Source of the DNA: an uncultured Candidatus Saccharibacteria bacterium
GTDB lineage: Bacteria > Patescibacteriota > Andersenbacteria > UBA10190
DNA: 64,000 nucleotides
Reading direction: 5' to 3'
Assembly (NCBI GenBank): GCA_964610055.1
Contig: CAZSUC010000002.1
Location: forward strand, 18,283 to 82,282
A program made the translations under genes and the position numbers. A model generated the notes under the pieces. It saw only the letters and a program-made list of their open reading frames with translations, made no database searches and was not told the DNA's origin. This document shows, piece by piece, positions 8,565 to 17,655 of the stretch. How positions within the stretch are numbered: position 1 is the stretch's first letter; every line of letters starts with the position of its first letter.

Positions 8565-9981
8565 AGGAAATGGTGTCACCGGCAACAACGGTGCGATCAA
8601 GAATAACAATATCGCCGTCGTGAAGACCATCAGTGATTTCGACGTAGCGGCCAAACATTTGCCCAAGCACGACATTGCGAAATTCAACTTGCTCACCAAC
8701 AGCGACGTATAGGACAGTTTCCTCCTGGGTTTGGGAGATAGCATCAATTGGGACGTAAGGAATAGTGCTTCCGGAATCAGCTGAACCAATGGGGACAGAA
8801 ACAGAAACGTAAGTATTGTCAGCTAGATTAGCGCAGCAATCATTTGGTAGTTCGTAAAAAACGGAATAAAGTTGGTTATTGGTTGCTTCTTGAGAGATAT
8901 AAGTAGGAAGTAAGGCTATCTCTTGACCGTTAATAGTGAAAACAGAATTTTCGGTCAGAGATACCGATTGAGCGAGGGTGGGAGAGAGGCTAACAGAGGC
9001 AACGTTATGAGGAGTAGCACTAGAAATTAAAGCTAATGGAGTACCGGCGGATACATTTTGTCCGGGGCGGACGTATATTTTTTCGACAGTGCCAGTGACA
9101 GGAGATGTTGGTGCCATAAACGAGGCATTAATCTGCGCAATTTTATAAGAGAGTGAACTTATTTCGCGATTAAGATCCAGAGCTTTTTCCTGAATGTCGA
9201 GTTGTTTTAGCGTGGTTTCTCTAGCAAGATCAGATAACTGCGCGGGCGGGTTAATCGCATTAACTTGATAGTTGGTAGTACGGATGGATGACTTTAAGCT
9301 ATTCAAAGCATTGGTATAGGTGCTTTTTAATTGCTTGGCACTTAAGATTAAGCTGTCAGAATTATCGTCACCGGATTCAAGGTCGTTTAGGTTAGAGTCG
9401 ATTTGATCTAAAATATCGGTAGTGATGGCGAGTTGATCTTCGGTTTCGGAAAGAGAGAGATTATTTAACCGACGGAGTTGATCATTATTAAGGTCGGTCT
9501 GTTGAGCGATTTCGCGTTGTTGGGCAATGATTTCTTTTTGAGTAGTGTAGGTATCATTAATGTTTGCTAGCTGAGCAGCAGCACTTTGGGCTTGTAATGA
9601 AGCGGCGTTAGCTCCTTGGTAGTTAGAAGATAGACCGATAATTTGTGTGCCGGTGGTAACTGATTGTCCGGCAGTACGGTAAATATTTTGAACGATACCG
9701 CTGGTTTGAGCGACGATAGTAACGGCGCCTTGTTTTTCAACTTTGGCTTGGAATGTCCAGCGTGGGGCTTGGCCGATATGATAAACCGAGACCGTTTTCG
9801 GGGTCGGAGATAGGGAGGTGGAGTCGGTGTGATTAAATAGATTTTCGCCTAAAATAAGGGCCAGCAGGAGAACCAAGGCAAGCAAAAAGCTAGAGAGCGG
9901 ATGAGCGTTGATATGAGACTTTAAAAACTGGCTGGATTGAGAGCAAAATTTCAAAAAGCGGCGGAATAAGGCTTGAAACAT
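8554..9981 (-). CDS. RND periplasmic adaptor (membrane fusion protein)
   Basis: N-terminal TM, lipoyl-like halves flanking a long coiled coil, C-terminal VEITDGLHDGD. Confidence 0.88.
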   Translation of the reverse strand: MFQALFRRFLKFCSQSSQFLKSHINAHPLSSFLLALVLLLALILGENLFNHTDSTSLSPTPKTVSVYHIGQAPRWTFQAKVEKQGAVTIVAQTSGIVQNIYRTAGQSVTTGTQIIGLSSNYQGANAASLQAQSAAAQLANINDTYTTQKEIIAQQREIAQQTDLNNDQLRRLNNLSLSETEDQLAITTDILDQIDSNLNDLESGDDNSDSLILSAKQLKSTYTNALNSLKSSIRTTNYQVNAINPPAQLSDLARETTLKQLDIQEKALDLNREISSLSYKIAQINASFMAPTSPVTGTVEKIYVRPGQNVSAGTPLALISSATPHNVASVSLSPTLAQSVSLTENSVFTINGQEIALLPTYISQEATNNQLYSVFYELPNDCCANLADNTYVSVSVPIGSADSGSTIPYVPIDAISQTQEETVLYVAVGEQVEFRNVVLGQMFGRYVEITDGLHDGDIVILDRTVVAGDTISYDR

Positions 9982-10016
9982 AGAAATAGCGTGAATTAAC
10001 GATCTGAATAATTTTT

Positions 10017-10036
10017 CATTGACCGATTGGTCAATG
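10017..10036. promoter_or_regulatory. TetR-family operator palindrome
   Basis: CATTGACC-GATT-GGTCAATG perfect 8-bp inverted repeat between the divergent tetR and RND genes. Confidence 0.8.
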
Positions 10037-10047
10037 TTGGTTAGTAT
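10019..10047 (+). promoter_or_regulatory. tetR promoter
   Basis: TTGACC-17 nt-TAGTAT; AAGGAGG SD before ATG 10080. Confidence 0.6.
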
Positions 10048-10072
10048 GGTGCTATGTGGGATAAATTGTCAA
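10043..10072 (-). promoter_or_regulatory. RND operon promoter
   Basis: TTGACA-18 nt-CATACT on the minus strand. Confidence 0.55.
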
Positions 10073-10079
10073 GGAGGAT

Positions 10080-10700
10080 ATGCCAAAAACGAGGGAACAA
10101 AATTTAGCACGACGACGGGAGACCCGGGAAAAGATTCTGGTGGCAGCTTTAGATATGTTTGCTAAGCGGGGGTATCACGGGGCTTCGATTTGTATGATTG
10201 CGCGACGAGCTCGAGTTTCGAAGGGGTTAATTTATAGCTATTTTTTGAGTAAGCAAAAGATTGTGGCGGTTTTAGTTGAACGGCACAAGAAAAGAATAGA
10301 GAAGATTTTAGATATCAGTGCTGATTTGGAGCCAAAAATGCAATTAGAGCGGTTACTGGATGAATTTTGTACAATTGTGGTGCAAAATCGGCAAATGTAT
10401 CGTTTTATATTTTCTCTATTACTGCAACCAGATGTTGAAAGGTTTTTAAGTCGGCAACGTGATATGGGCGAACGATTGTCGAAAGACTTGATTCCTCGGT
10501 TACAAGCAATTGTACGAAAGGCGGGCGGAGAAATGAATCAGCATACGTTGGAACACTTGCGGGTGATGGCATACGGAGAGATTTTTGAGTATTTATGGCG
10601 AGACGATGAAGACGCATTTCGCAAATCAACACGTAATATGTTAGGAGTCATTTTGCAAAATAATATGCATGTAACAAAAAGAGTATGTGGCAAGGAATAA
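10080..10700 (+). CDS. TetR/AcrR family transcriptional regulator
   Basis: N-terminal HTH ILVAALDMFAKRGY...IARRARVSKGLIYSYFLSK. Confidence 0.93.
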   Translation: MPKTREQNLARRRETREKILVAALDMFAKRGYHGASICMIARRARVSKGLIYSYFLSKQKIVAVLVERHKKRIEKILDISADLEPKMQLERLLDEFCTIVVQNRQMYRFIFSLLLQPDVERFLSRQRDMGERLSKDLIPRLQAIVRKAGGEMNQHTLEHLRVMAYGEIFEYLWRDDEDAFRKSTRNMLGVILQNNMHVTKRVCGKE

Positions 10701-12142
10701 TAAATAAAGTGTGGCTTGAGTATCGTTCGTATGTGATAGCGAGCGTTTTGTTGATAATGATGGGAATAGGATTAGCGTATCCTACGATTAAAACACTGCG
10801 AACAGTTGAGTTTGCTCCGGAAAACCAAGGTGTTTTCGTTGAGCCGATGCAGCCATTAACGAGTAAGATAGCAGTGCCAGCAGGAGAGATTGATTATGTG
10901 ATGATATGGGTGCATGACGAATTTAATCAGCAAAAATTACAAAAAGAAGATTATCGGACTTTACAGTTAGAAGTAGTTAATGTAGCAGACGAGACAATAC
11001 GGACAGCAGTAAAACCACGTTTAATAAAAAGAGGTGACCAACCAGCGCTTTTGTTTAAGCTTTCTAAGATTAAAAATGAAGAAAAACAAAATTATAGTTT
11101 TGTAATTTATCAAAGAGGTGAAGGAGTCGTAGGAGTGCAGGATCCGTTAGGTTTACAATTAAAAACAGATGAGACAGCGGAAATGGCGTTAGAGGTGGGT
11201 GAAAAAAAGAATTGGTTAACTTTGTTGATAGATAAAGTATATACGGAAGATTTAGTTGGGCATGACATCTCTTTTTATTTGCGGCGAGGTAATCAGATTG
11301 TGCAGGGGGAAAATCCGTATGCGTGCGTGCAGGAAAACTCATGCATTGGGTATCCAGCGCATTTGCCAGGAATGTATTGGTTTGCGGCGGGGTGGGCGGC
11401 TTTAGGGTTTGACGATTTAAGTGAGTGGGCAATGATTTGGCGACCGATGATGTTGGCAGCTTGGCTGGGTGTTGGAGTTGTTTTATTAGGGTATAGCTTA
11501 CGACGAGGACAGCCAGGGCTGGGGGTGGCAGCAATGGGATTGTGGCTGTTTAACCGGTGGTCTTTAGATGTTTTGCGGGTCGCACATACTGATTTTGTGG
11601 GAGTTTTGTTTTTAATATTAGCGATTATATGCGCAGAACAATGGCCAATATGGGCAGCGGTATTATTGGCTTTATCTTTATCAGTTAAACAATTAGCCGT
11701 CTTAATAGTGCCGATATTTTTGATAGCGATGTGGCGACATTATGGTCTAAGTTGGAAGAAGTTAGCGTTGGTGATAACTATGATCATTGTTATACCGGGC
11801 GCGATAACGCTACCTTTTTTAATTGATAATCCAACGGCGACAATACAAGGACTTATGAACGTGGTTGAGAGGCCAGCTCAATCAGTGCGTGGTTTTGCGC
11901 CTTCGTTTGATGAATGGTTGGACGTAACTGATTGGGGGAAGTTATTGCCAATGCTTGGTCTAACCGGTATGGTATATGTGGCCGTGTGGCGGAAAGAAGT
12001 TGATCTGATACAAGGAACGGTAATGGTTATGGCGATTATGATGGCTTTCACCTCGGTTTTGTATAATCAGTATTTTGTGTGGTTTATCCCGTTTATTCCG
12101 TTGGCATTGGCAAGGTATCGAGAACAGCGACAAAAGACGTAA
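10685..12142 (+). CDS. GT-C fold membrane glycosyltransferase (GT87/DUF2029-like)
   Basis: D..FY...GENPY, YP, SVKQL and YNQYFVWFIPF motifs; many TMs. Confidence 0.75.
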   Translation: MWQGIINKVWLEYRSYVIASVLLIMMGIGLAYPTIKTLRTVEFAPENQGVFVEPMQPLTSKIAVPAGEIDYVMIWVHDEFNQQKLQKEDYRTLQLEVVNVADETIRTAVKPRLIKRGDQPALLFKLSKIKNEEKQNYSFVIYQRGEGVVGVQDPLGLQLKTDETAEMALEVGEKKNWLTLLIDKVYTEDLVGHDISFYLRRGNQIVQGENPYACVQENSCIGYPAHLPGMYWFAAGWAALGFDDLSEWAMIWRPMMLAAWLGVGVVLLGYSLRRGQPGLGVAAMGLWLFNRWSLDVLRVAHTDFVGVLFLILAIICAEQWPIWAAVLLALSLSVKQLAVLIVPIFLIAMWRHYGLSWKKLALVITMIIVIPGAITLPFLIDNPTATIQGLMNVVERPAQSVRGFAPSFDEWLDVTDWGKLLPMLGLTGMVYVAVWRKEVDLIQGTVMVMAIMMAFTSVLYNQYFVWFIPFIPLALARYREQRQKT

Positions 12143-12146
12143 TAAT

Positions 12147-12935
12147 ATGATAAAAGTTCATGAATTAACCCGTAAGTTTGATGATTTGACCGCGGTGGAC
12201 GGAATTTCTTTTGATGTTAAAGAAGGTGAGATTTTTGCTTTTTTGGGGCCGAATGGAGCGGGCAAGTCAACAACAATTAAGATGTTAACAACGTTATTGA
12301 GGCCGACGAGTGGCACGATTCGTATTAATGGATATGATCCAGTTGCAAATCCAGATGAAACGCGGCGGTCATTTGGGATTGTATTTCAAGATCCAAGTTT
12401 GGATGAAGAGCTAACGGCGTGGGAAAACATGGAATTTCATGGTGTGCTTTATGGTTTGCCTAAAATAGCACGCCGGGAACGGATTGAGCAGTTAATGAAA
12501 TTAGTAGAATTATGGGATCGAAAAGATGATTTAGTGAAAGAGTTTTCTGGTGGTATGAAAAGAAGGTTAGAAATTGCGCGTGGTTTGTTGCATCATCCAA
12601 AAGTTATTTTTTTGGATGAGCCGACTATTGGTTTGGATCCCCAAACGCGTAATCACATGTGGAGTTATTTGAAAGATTTAAATAAGCGAGAAAAAACAAC
12701 GGTGTTTTTCTCGACTCATTATATGGAAGAAGCGGACAAGCTAGCCCAACGGATCGCAGTGATTGATCATGGTAAGATTGTGGCGCGGGGAACACCGGCA
12801 GAAGTACGTAAACAAGGAGGAGCTGAAACTTTAGAAGAAGCGTTCATTAATTTAACCGGGCATGAAATTAGGACAGAGGAAGCGAGCAAGAAAGATCAAA
12901 TGCGCGCGCACCGGAAAATGCACGGAGGGAGGTAG
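12147..12935 (+). CDS. ABC-2 exporter ATP-binding protein (DrrA-like)
   Basis: GPNGAGKS, FSGGM, LDEPT; start moved to ATG 12147. Confidence 0.93.
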   Translation: MIKVHELTRKFDDLTAVDGISFDVKEGEIFAFLGPNGAGKSTTIKMLTTLLRPTSGTIRINGYDPVANPDETRRSFGIVFQDPSLDEELTAWENMEFHGVLYGLPKIARRERIEQLMKLVELWDRKDDLVKEFSGGMKRRLEIARGLLHHPKVIFLDEPTIGLDPQTRNHMWSYLKDLNKREKTTVFFSTHYMEEADKLAQRIAVIDHGKIVARGTPAEVRKQGGAETLEEAFINLTGHEIRTEEASKKDQMRAHRKMHGGR

Positions 12936-12938
12936 GAT

Positions 12939-13691
12939 ATGCGTTGGTCAGTAGTTTACATTTTGTGGTTGCGCCAGTTAAAGCGCTATGTTCGTTCGCG
13001 AGCACGAATGATAGGTTCGTTGGGTCAGCCGTTGTTGTTTTTAGTGGCGCTGGGGTTTGGTTTTGGTCCGATTTATCAGCAGGCAGGCGAAGGCAACTAT
13101 ATTCAGTTTTTGGCGCCGGGAGTGATTGCTATGAGTATTTTGTTTACAGCAATGTTTACTGGGATAGAAGTGATTTGGGACCGACAGTTTGGGTTTTTAA
13201 AGGAAACATTGGCTGCACCAGTGTCTCGATTTGAGATTATGGTGGGGCGAACCTTGGGCGGAGCGACTGTGGCCGTGCTACAAGGCATAATCGTGTTGGC
13301 AATGACGTTTTTAGTTGGGTTTAGAATAGCTAATTTTGGTTGGCTATCTATTGGTTTGGTTTTTATGGTGTTAATCGGATTGTTTTTTACGGGTTTAGGA
13401 ACAGCAATTGCTTCGAAGCTAGAGGATATGCAGGGTTTTCAATTGATTATGAATTTTTTGATTATGCCAATATTCTTTTTGTCAGGAGCTTTATTTCCGT
13501 TAACTGGTTTACCGCGAGTGATGGAGATAATTACCCGAGTTAATCCTTTGGCGTATGGGGTGGACGGAATGCGAGGGGCTTTAAGCGGACAGGCTCATTT
13601 TGGTATGGGATTAGACTTGCTGGTATTAGGTGTGGTGACAATAGTGGTTTTATGGATAGGAAGTCGGCTGTTTGCTCGGATTGAACCGTAG
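12939..13691 (+). CDS. ABC-2 type exporter permease
   Basis: WDRQFGFLKE..AP, FFLSGALFP and NPLAYGVD motifs. Confidence 0.92.
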   Translation: MRWSVVYILWLRQLKRYVRSRARMIGSLGQPLLFLVALGFGFGPIYQQAGEGNYIQFLAPGVIAMSILFTAMFTGIEVIWDRQFGFLKETLAAPVSRFEIMVGRTLGGATVAVLQGIIVLAMTFLVGFRIANFGWLSIGLVFMVLIGLFFTGLGTAIASKLEDMQGFQLIMNFLIMPIFFLSGALFPLTGLPRVMEIITRVNPLAYGVDGMRGALSGQAHFGMGLDLLVLGVVTIVVLWIGSRLFARIEP

Positions 13692-13705
13692 GATAAAATA
13701 ATAAC

Positions 13706-14302
13706 ATGCTTGAGTTAACCGACTTGTTGCAGTGGGGGCATGGTTCAATATGGGAGTATGTTGTGATTTTTATTTTAGCTTTTGGTGAGTCGTTGGCGTT
13801 TATTGGTTTGATTATCCCGGGGAGCGTGGCAGTGATAGCAGGAGGTTTTTTGGCTGCTCAAGGATGGATGCACGTCACTGACTTATGGTTGTGGGCAACG
13901 GTTGGCGCGATTTTAGGTGATAACTTTAGCTTTTATTTGGGGCAGAAAGGCTGGATTAAGTTTAGTGATAAAAATTGGTTATTTAAGAAATCGTTATTGG
14001 TGCAAGGAAAAAAATATTTTAGAAAGCATGGGGCAAAGAGTGTGTTTATTGGACGATTTATTGGATGGGTGCGGCCAATTGTGCCGTTTGTGGCCGGAGT
14101 ATTCTCATTACCACAAAGAAAGTTTATTTGGTGGAATGTAGCTAGCGCAGCCTTGTGGGCAGCTTCACATATCATAGTAGGTTATTTTTTTGGCAATGCC
14201 TGGAAAGGAATATCGATGTGGTCAACAACGATTAGTATTTTAATAGTAATTGTCGGATTAGGAGTGGCAGGATATCATGGAGTGCGATCGTTGTCGCGTT
14301 GA
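13706..14302 (+). CDS. DedA family membrane protein
   Basis: GES...IIPG, GAILGDN..F and FIGRFI motifs. Confidence 0.92.
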   Translation: MLELTDLLQWGHGSIWEYVVIFILAFGESLAFIGLIIPGSVAVIAGGFLAAQGWMHVTDLWLWATVGAILGDNFSFYLGQKGWIKFSDKNWLFKKSLLVQGKKYFRKHGAKSVFIGRFIGWVRPIVPFVAGVFSLPQRKFIWWNVASAALWAASHIIVGYFFGNAWKGISMWSTTISILIVIVGLGVAGYHGVRSLSR

Positions 14303-14327
14303 AATAATTAAGATGTAAAATAAAATT

Positions 14328-15608
14328 ATGGCGAAAATTAAATGGGTAAAGGGAAGGCAAATTTTAGATTCGCGGGGTAATCCAACAGTGGAAGCGGATG
14401 TTGTGTTGGAGTCAGGAGAATTAGGGCGAGCAGCAGTGCCATCGGGAGCATCAACTGGTTCACATGAAGCAATTGAGTTACGCGATCAAGACCCGAAAGT
14501 CTATCAGGGTATGGGGGTGATGCGAGCAGTAGGGTATGTGAATAGTGAAATTGCCAATCAACTTGTGGGACATGAGGCGGGTGATCAAAAAGGAGTAGAC
14601 GAATGTTTGGTTAAGTTAGACGGAACGGATAATAAAAGTAGATTAGGAGCAAATGCAATTTTAGCGGTTTCTTTGGCATGTGCGAAGGCGGAGGCGTTGG
14701 CCGAACAGAAACCGCTATATCGTTATGTGTATGAATTGACAGGCCAGGAGCGACCGTTGATGCTGCCGGTGCCGTTAATGAATATTGTGAATGGTGGTAA
14801 GCATGCGGCTGGTTCGACTGATATTCAAGAGTTTATGATTTTGCCTTTAAGTGGGCAGAGTTTTGCAGAGCGAGTGCGTTTAGGGGCAGAAGTGTTTCAT
14901 GCCTTGAAAGCAGAATTAGGAAAAGCGGGGTATCGAACGACAGTCGGGGATGAAGGTGGATTTGCGCCAACGGTAAAATCGGGTAACCAAGAGGCGCTAG
15001 AGCTCATTAAACAGGCGGTGCAACAAGCAGGGTATGAACTAGGACGAGATATTAGTTTTGGATTAGATGTTGCAGCGACAGAATTATATGAAGAAGGGCG
15101 ATATAGTTTAGCGACGGAAAACAAAAGTCTAACGACAAAGGACATGATTGAGTGGCTAGAAGAATTAAGACAGAAATATCCGATTATTTCGATCGAAGAT
15201 GGATTGGCTGAAGATGATTGGGGTGGATGGACACAAATGAATCAAATAATGGGACAAGAAATCCAGCTCGTGGGAGATGACCTGTTGGTAACAAATACTA
15301 AATTTTTAGAACGAGCGATAAAAGAAAAAGCGGCAAATGCAATTTTAATTAAGCCGAATCAAATCGGAACATTAACAGAGACAATTGCGGCAGTAGCATT
15401 AGCTCATCAACATAATTGGCGGGCAATTATTTCACATCGTTCCGGAGAAACGGAAGACACAACGATTGCTCATTTAGTGGTTGGGTTAGGTACTGGTCAG
15501 ATTAAAACTGGGTCGATGAGTCGGACTGATCGCGTTGCTAAATATAATGAGTTAATTAGAATTGAAGAAGAATTAGGGGCGGAAGCCCAGTTGGCATCTT
15601 GGAATTGA
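14328..15608 (+). CDS. eno: enolase
   Basis: ILDSRGNPTVE, VPSGASTG, GDEGGFAP, SHRSGET. Confidence 0.98.
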   Translation: MAKIKWVKGRQILDSRGNPTVEADVVLESGELGRAAVPSGASTGSHEAIELRDQDPKVYQGMGVMRAVGYVNSEIANQLVGHEAGDQKGVDECLVKLDGTDNKSRLGANAILAVSLACAKAEALAEQKPLYRYVYELTGQERPLMLPVPLMNIVNGGKHAAGSTDIQEFMILPLSGQSFAERVRLGAEVFHALKAELGKAGYRTTVGDEGGFAPTVKSGNQEALELIKQAVQQAGYELGRDISFGLDVAATELYEEGRYSLATENKSLTTKDMIEWLEELRQKYPIISIEDGLAEDDWGGWTQMNQIMGQEIQLVGDDLLVTNTKFLERAIKEKAANAILIKPNQIGTLTETIAAVALAHQHNWRAIISHRSGETEDTTIAHLVVGLGTGQIKTGSMSRTDRVAKYNELIRIEEELGAEAQLASWN

Positions 15609-15636
15609 ACTTAATCAATAATTATTTGATGTTCAT

Positions 15637-15798
15637 ATGGATAAAGTAAAAGTTGAGAACCATGGTTTTACAGCCTTTTCCTGGTTTGCAGGGTGGTTGT
15701 TTACAATTGGTTTTTTGCAGCTAACTTTTTGGAAAGGTGTGTTAGCGGTTGTTGTGTGGCCGTATTTTATCGGAGTTTTTATTCGAGGATTGATTTAG
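15637..15798 (+). CDS. unannotated 53-aa membrane protein
   Basis: Manual translation MDKVKVENHGFTAFSWFAGWLFTIGFLQLTFWKGVLAVVVWPYFIGVFIRGLI; fills the eno-typA gap. Confidence 0.75.
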   Translation: MDKVKVENHGFTAFSWFAGWLFTIGFLQLTFWKGVLAVVVWPYFIGVFIRGLI

Positions 15799-17588
15799 TG
15801 CTTACGGTCGTGTTTTTTGAGGTGTAATTTGCGTAGGCGTAAATTTTGAGGCGTGACTTCTAAGAGTTCGTCGTCGCCTAAGTACTCAATAGCTTCTTCT
15901 AAAGACAGTGTTTTGTGAGCATGTAGGGTAACAGAAACTCCTTCACCAGCAGAGCGCATGTTAGTTAGCTTTTTCTCTTTACAAATATTCACATCAATAT
16001 CCTCAATACGAGAATTCTGGCCAATAATCATACCCTCATAAACTTTTACTCCAGGGGCAATGAAAAGCTGACCGCGATCTTGAGCTTGAACAAGTCCGTA
16101 ATGAGTACTGGTTCCAGATTCATGAGCAATTAGAGAGCCGCGATGATCAAGAGGTGAGTCGCCGACATAAGGTAAATAGCCGTGGAAGATTGTGTTAATA
16201 ATGCCTTTGCCACGAGTATCGGTGAGAAAATCGGTTCGGTAGCCGATGAGGTAACGAGTAGGAACTAGAAAATGAAGATGAGTGGTGCCGTTTTCAAGAC
16301 GCATGTCTTTCATTTCGCCTTTACGTTTGCCCATTTGTTCGATAACTGTGCCGGAATGTTGGTCAGGGCATTCAATATAGACGTCTTCAAATGGTTCGGT
16401 AGTTTGACCGTTTTCAGTTTTAAGAACTACTTGAGGTTTACCGACTTGAAGCTCGTAACCTTCGCGGCGCATTTTTTCGATTAAAATGGAGAGATGAAGT
16501 TCACCTCGACCGTAAACAGTGAAGGAAGAATCGGAATTAGCCGATGATTCTATTTTAAGAGCGACGTCATTAAGGATTTCTCTTTCTAGACGATTTTTAA
16601 GATGACGAGCAGTTGAAAATTCGCCCTCAGTTCCGGCAAAAGGAGATGTGTTAACAGAGAAAGTCATTTTAACGGTTGGTTCATCGACGGAAATAGCAGG
16701 TAGGGCGTGAGGCTGGTCAAAGTCGGCAATAGTTTCACCGATTTTGACAGTTTCTAATCCGGCAATAGCAACGATGTCGCCAGCAGAGACGGAATCAACT
16801 TCAGTTGGTGCAAGGCCTTGGAAAGTCATGACAGCCATCGCTTTGGCTGGGATTTGAGTGCCGTCAGTTTGAATGCGCATGACGCGTTGATTTTTGCGAA
16901 TAACCCCACTAAGTAAGGGGCCAACAGCGGTTTGTCCTTTATAGGCGTCGTAAGTAACGTTAACGACGAGCATTTGCATAGGGGTGTCTAGTATTGTTGG
17001 GGCTGGAATGTGAGTAATGATGGCGTCAAAAACTGGTTTAATGTCAGTCATTTGGCTAAGGTCGGGAGTCGTACCAGCTTTACCTTGAATGGCGGATGCG
17101 TAAAGAACGGGAAAGTCGACTTGTTCGTCGGTGGCACCAAGATCAATAAATAAACTGAAAGTTTGATCTAAAACCCATTGAACACGGGCTTCAGGAACAT
17201 CGATTTTGTTGATTACAACAATAACACGGTGGCCGGCGTCGAGAGCTTTTTTGAGGACGAATTTAGTTTGCGGCATGGGTCCGTCTTTGGCATCTACAAG
17301 CAGGAGAGCGCCGTTAGCCATACTCATAATACGTTCTACTTCGCCGCCAAAATCAGCGTGTCCCGGGGTATCAATAATATTGATTTTATGGCCCTGATAT
17401 TGGACTGAAGCGTTCTTGGAAAAAATAGTGATGCCGCGTTGTCGCTCTAACTCGTTGGAATCCATAATCAAATTAGTATCATCTGACTTGGTGCGGAACG
17501 ATTCAGATTGACGTAACAAAGCATCGACCAAGGTGGTTTTGCCGTGGTCAACATGAGCGATAATAGCAACGTTGCGAATAGGTAACAT
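15795..17588 (-). CDS. typA: translational GTPase TypA/BipA
   Basis: IAHVDHGKTT, DTPGHADFGGEVER, NKID, GRGELHL, KKLTNMR. Confidence 0.97.
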   Translation of the reverse strand: MLPIRNVAIIAHVDHGKTTLVDALLRQSESFRTKSDDTNLIMDSNELERQRGITIFSKNASVQYQGHKINIIDTPGHADFGGEVERIMSMANGALLLVDAKDGPMPQTKFVLKKALDAGHRVIVVINKIDVPEARVQWVLDQTFSLFIDLGATDEQVDFPVLYASAIQGKAGTTPDLSQMTDIKPVFDAIITHIPAPTILDTPMQMLVVNVTYDAYKGQTAVGPLLSGVIRKNQRVMRIQTDGTQIPAKAMAVMTFQGLAPTEVDSVSAGDIVAIAGLETVKIGETIADFDQPHALPAISVDEPTVKMTFSVNTSPFAGTEGEFSTARHLKNRLEREILNDVALKIESSANSDSSFTVYGRGELHLSILIEKMRREGYELQVGKPQVVLKTENGQTTEPFEDVYIECPDQHSGTVIEQMGKRKGEMKDMRLENGTTHLHFLVPTRYLIGYRTDFLTDTRGKGIINTIFHGYLPYVGDSPLDHRGSLIAHESGTSTHYGLVQAQDRGQLFIAPGVKVYEGMIIGQNSRIEDIDVNICKEKKLTNMRSAGEGVSVTLHAHKTLSLEEAIEYLGDDELLEVTPQNLRLRKLHLKKHDRKH

Positions 17589-17599
17589 AGAATTGGATA

Positions 17600-17627
17600 A
17601 TTATGGCCTAAACTGTAATTTTGTCAA
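17600..17627 (-). promoter_or_regulatory. typA promoter
   Basis: TTGACA-16 nt-CATAAT on the minus strand. Confidence 0.55.
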
Positions 17628-17655
17628 TTCATAATAAGAATGGAATAATAAAATC

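Noticed and set aside
8565-8789. N-terminal 75 aa of the 1190-aa RND ORF
   Set aside because: Overlaps the adaptor gene in another frame; ATG 8564 gives a normal length and a coupled overlap.
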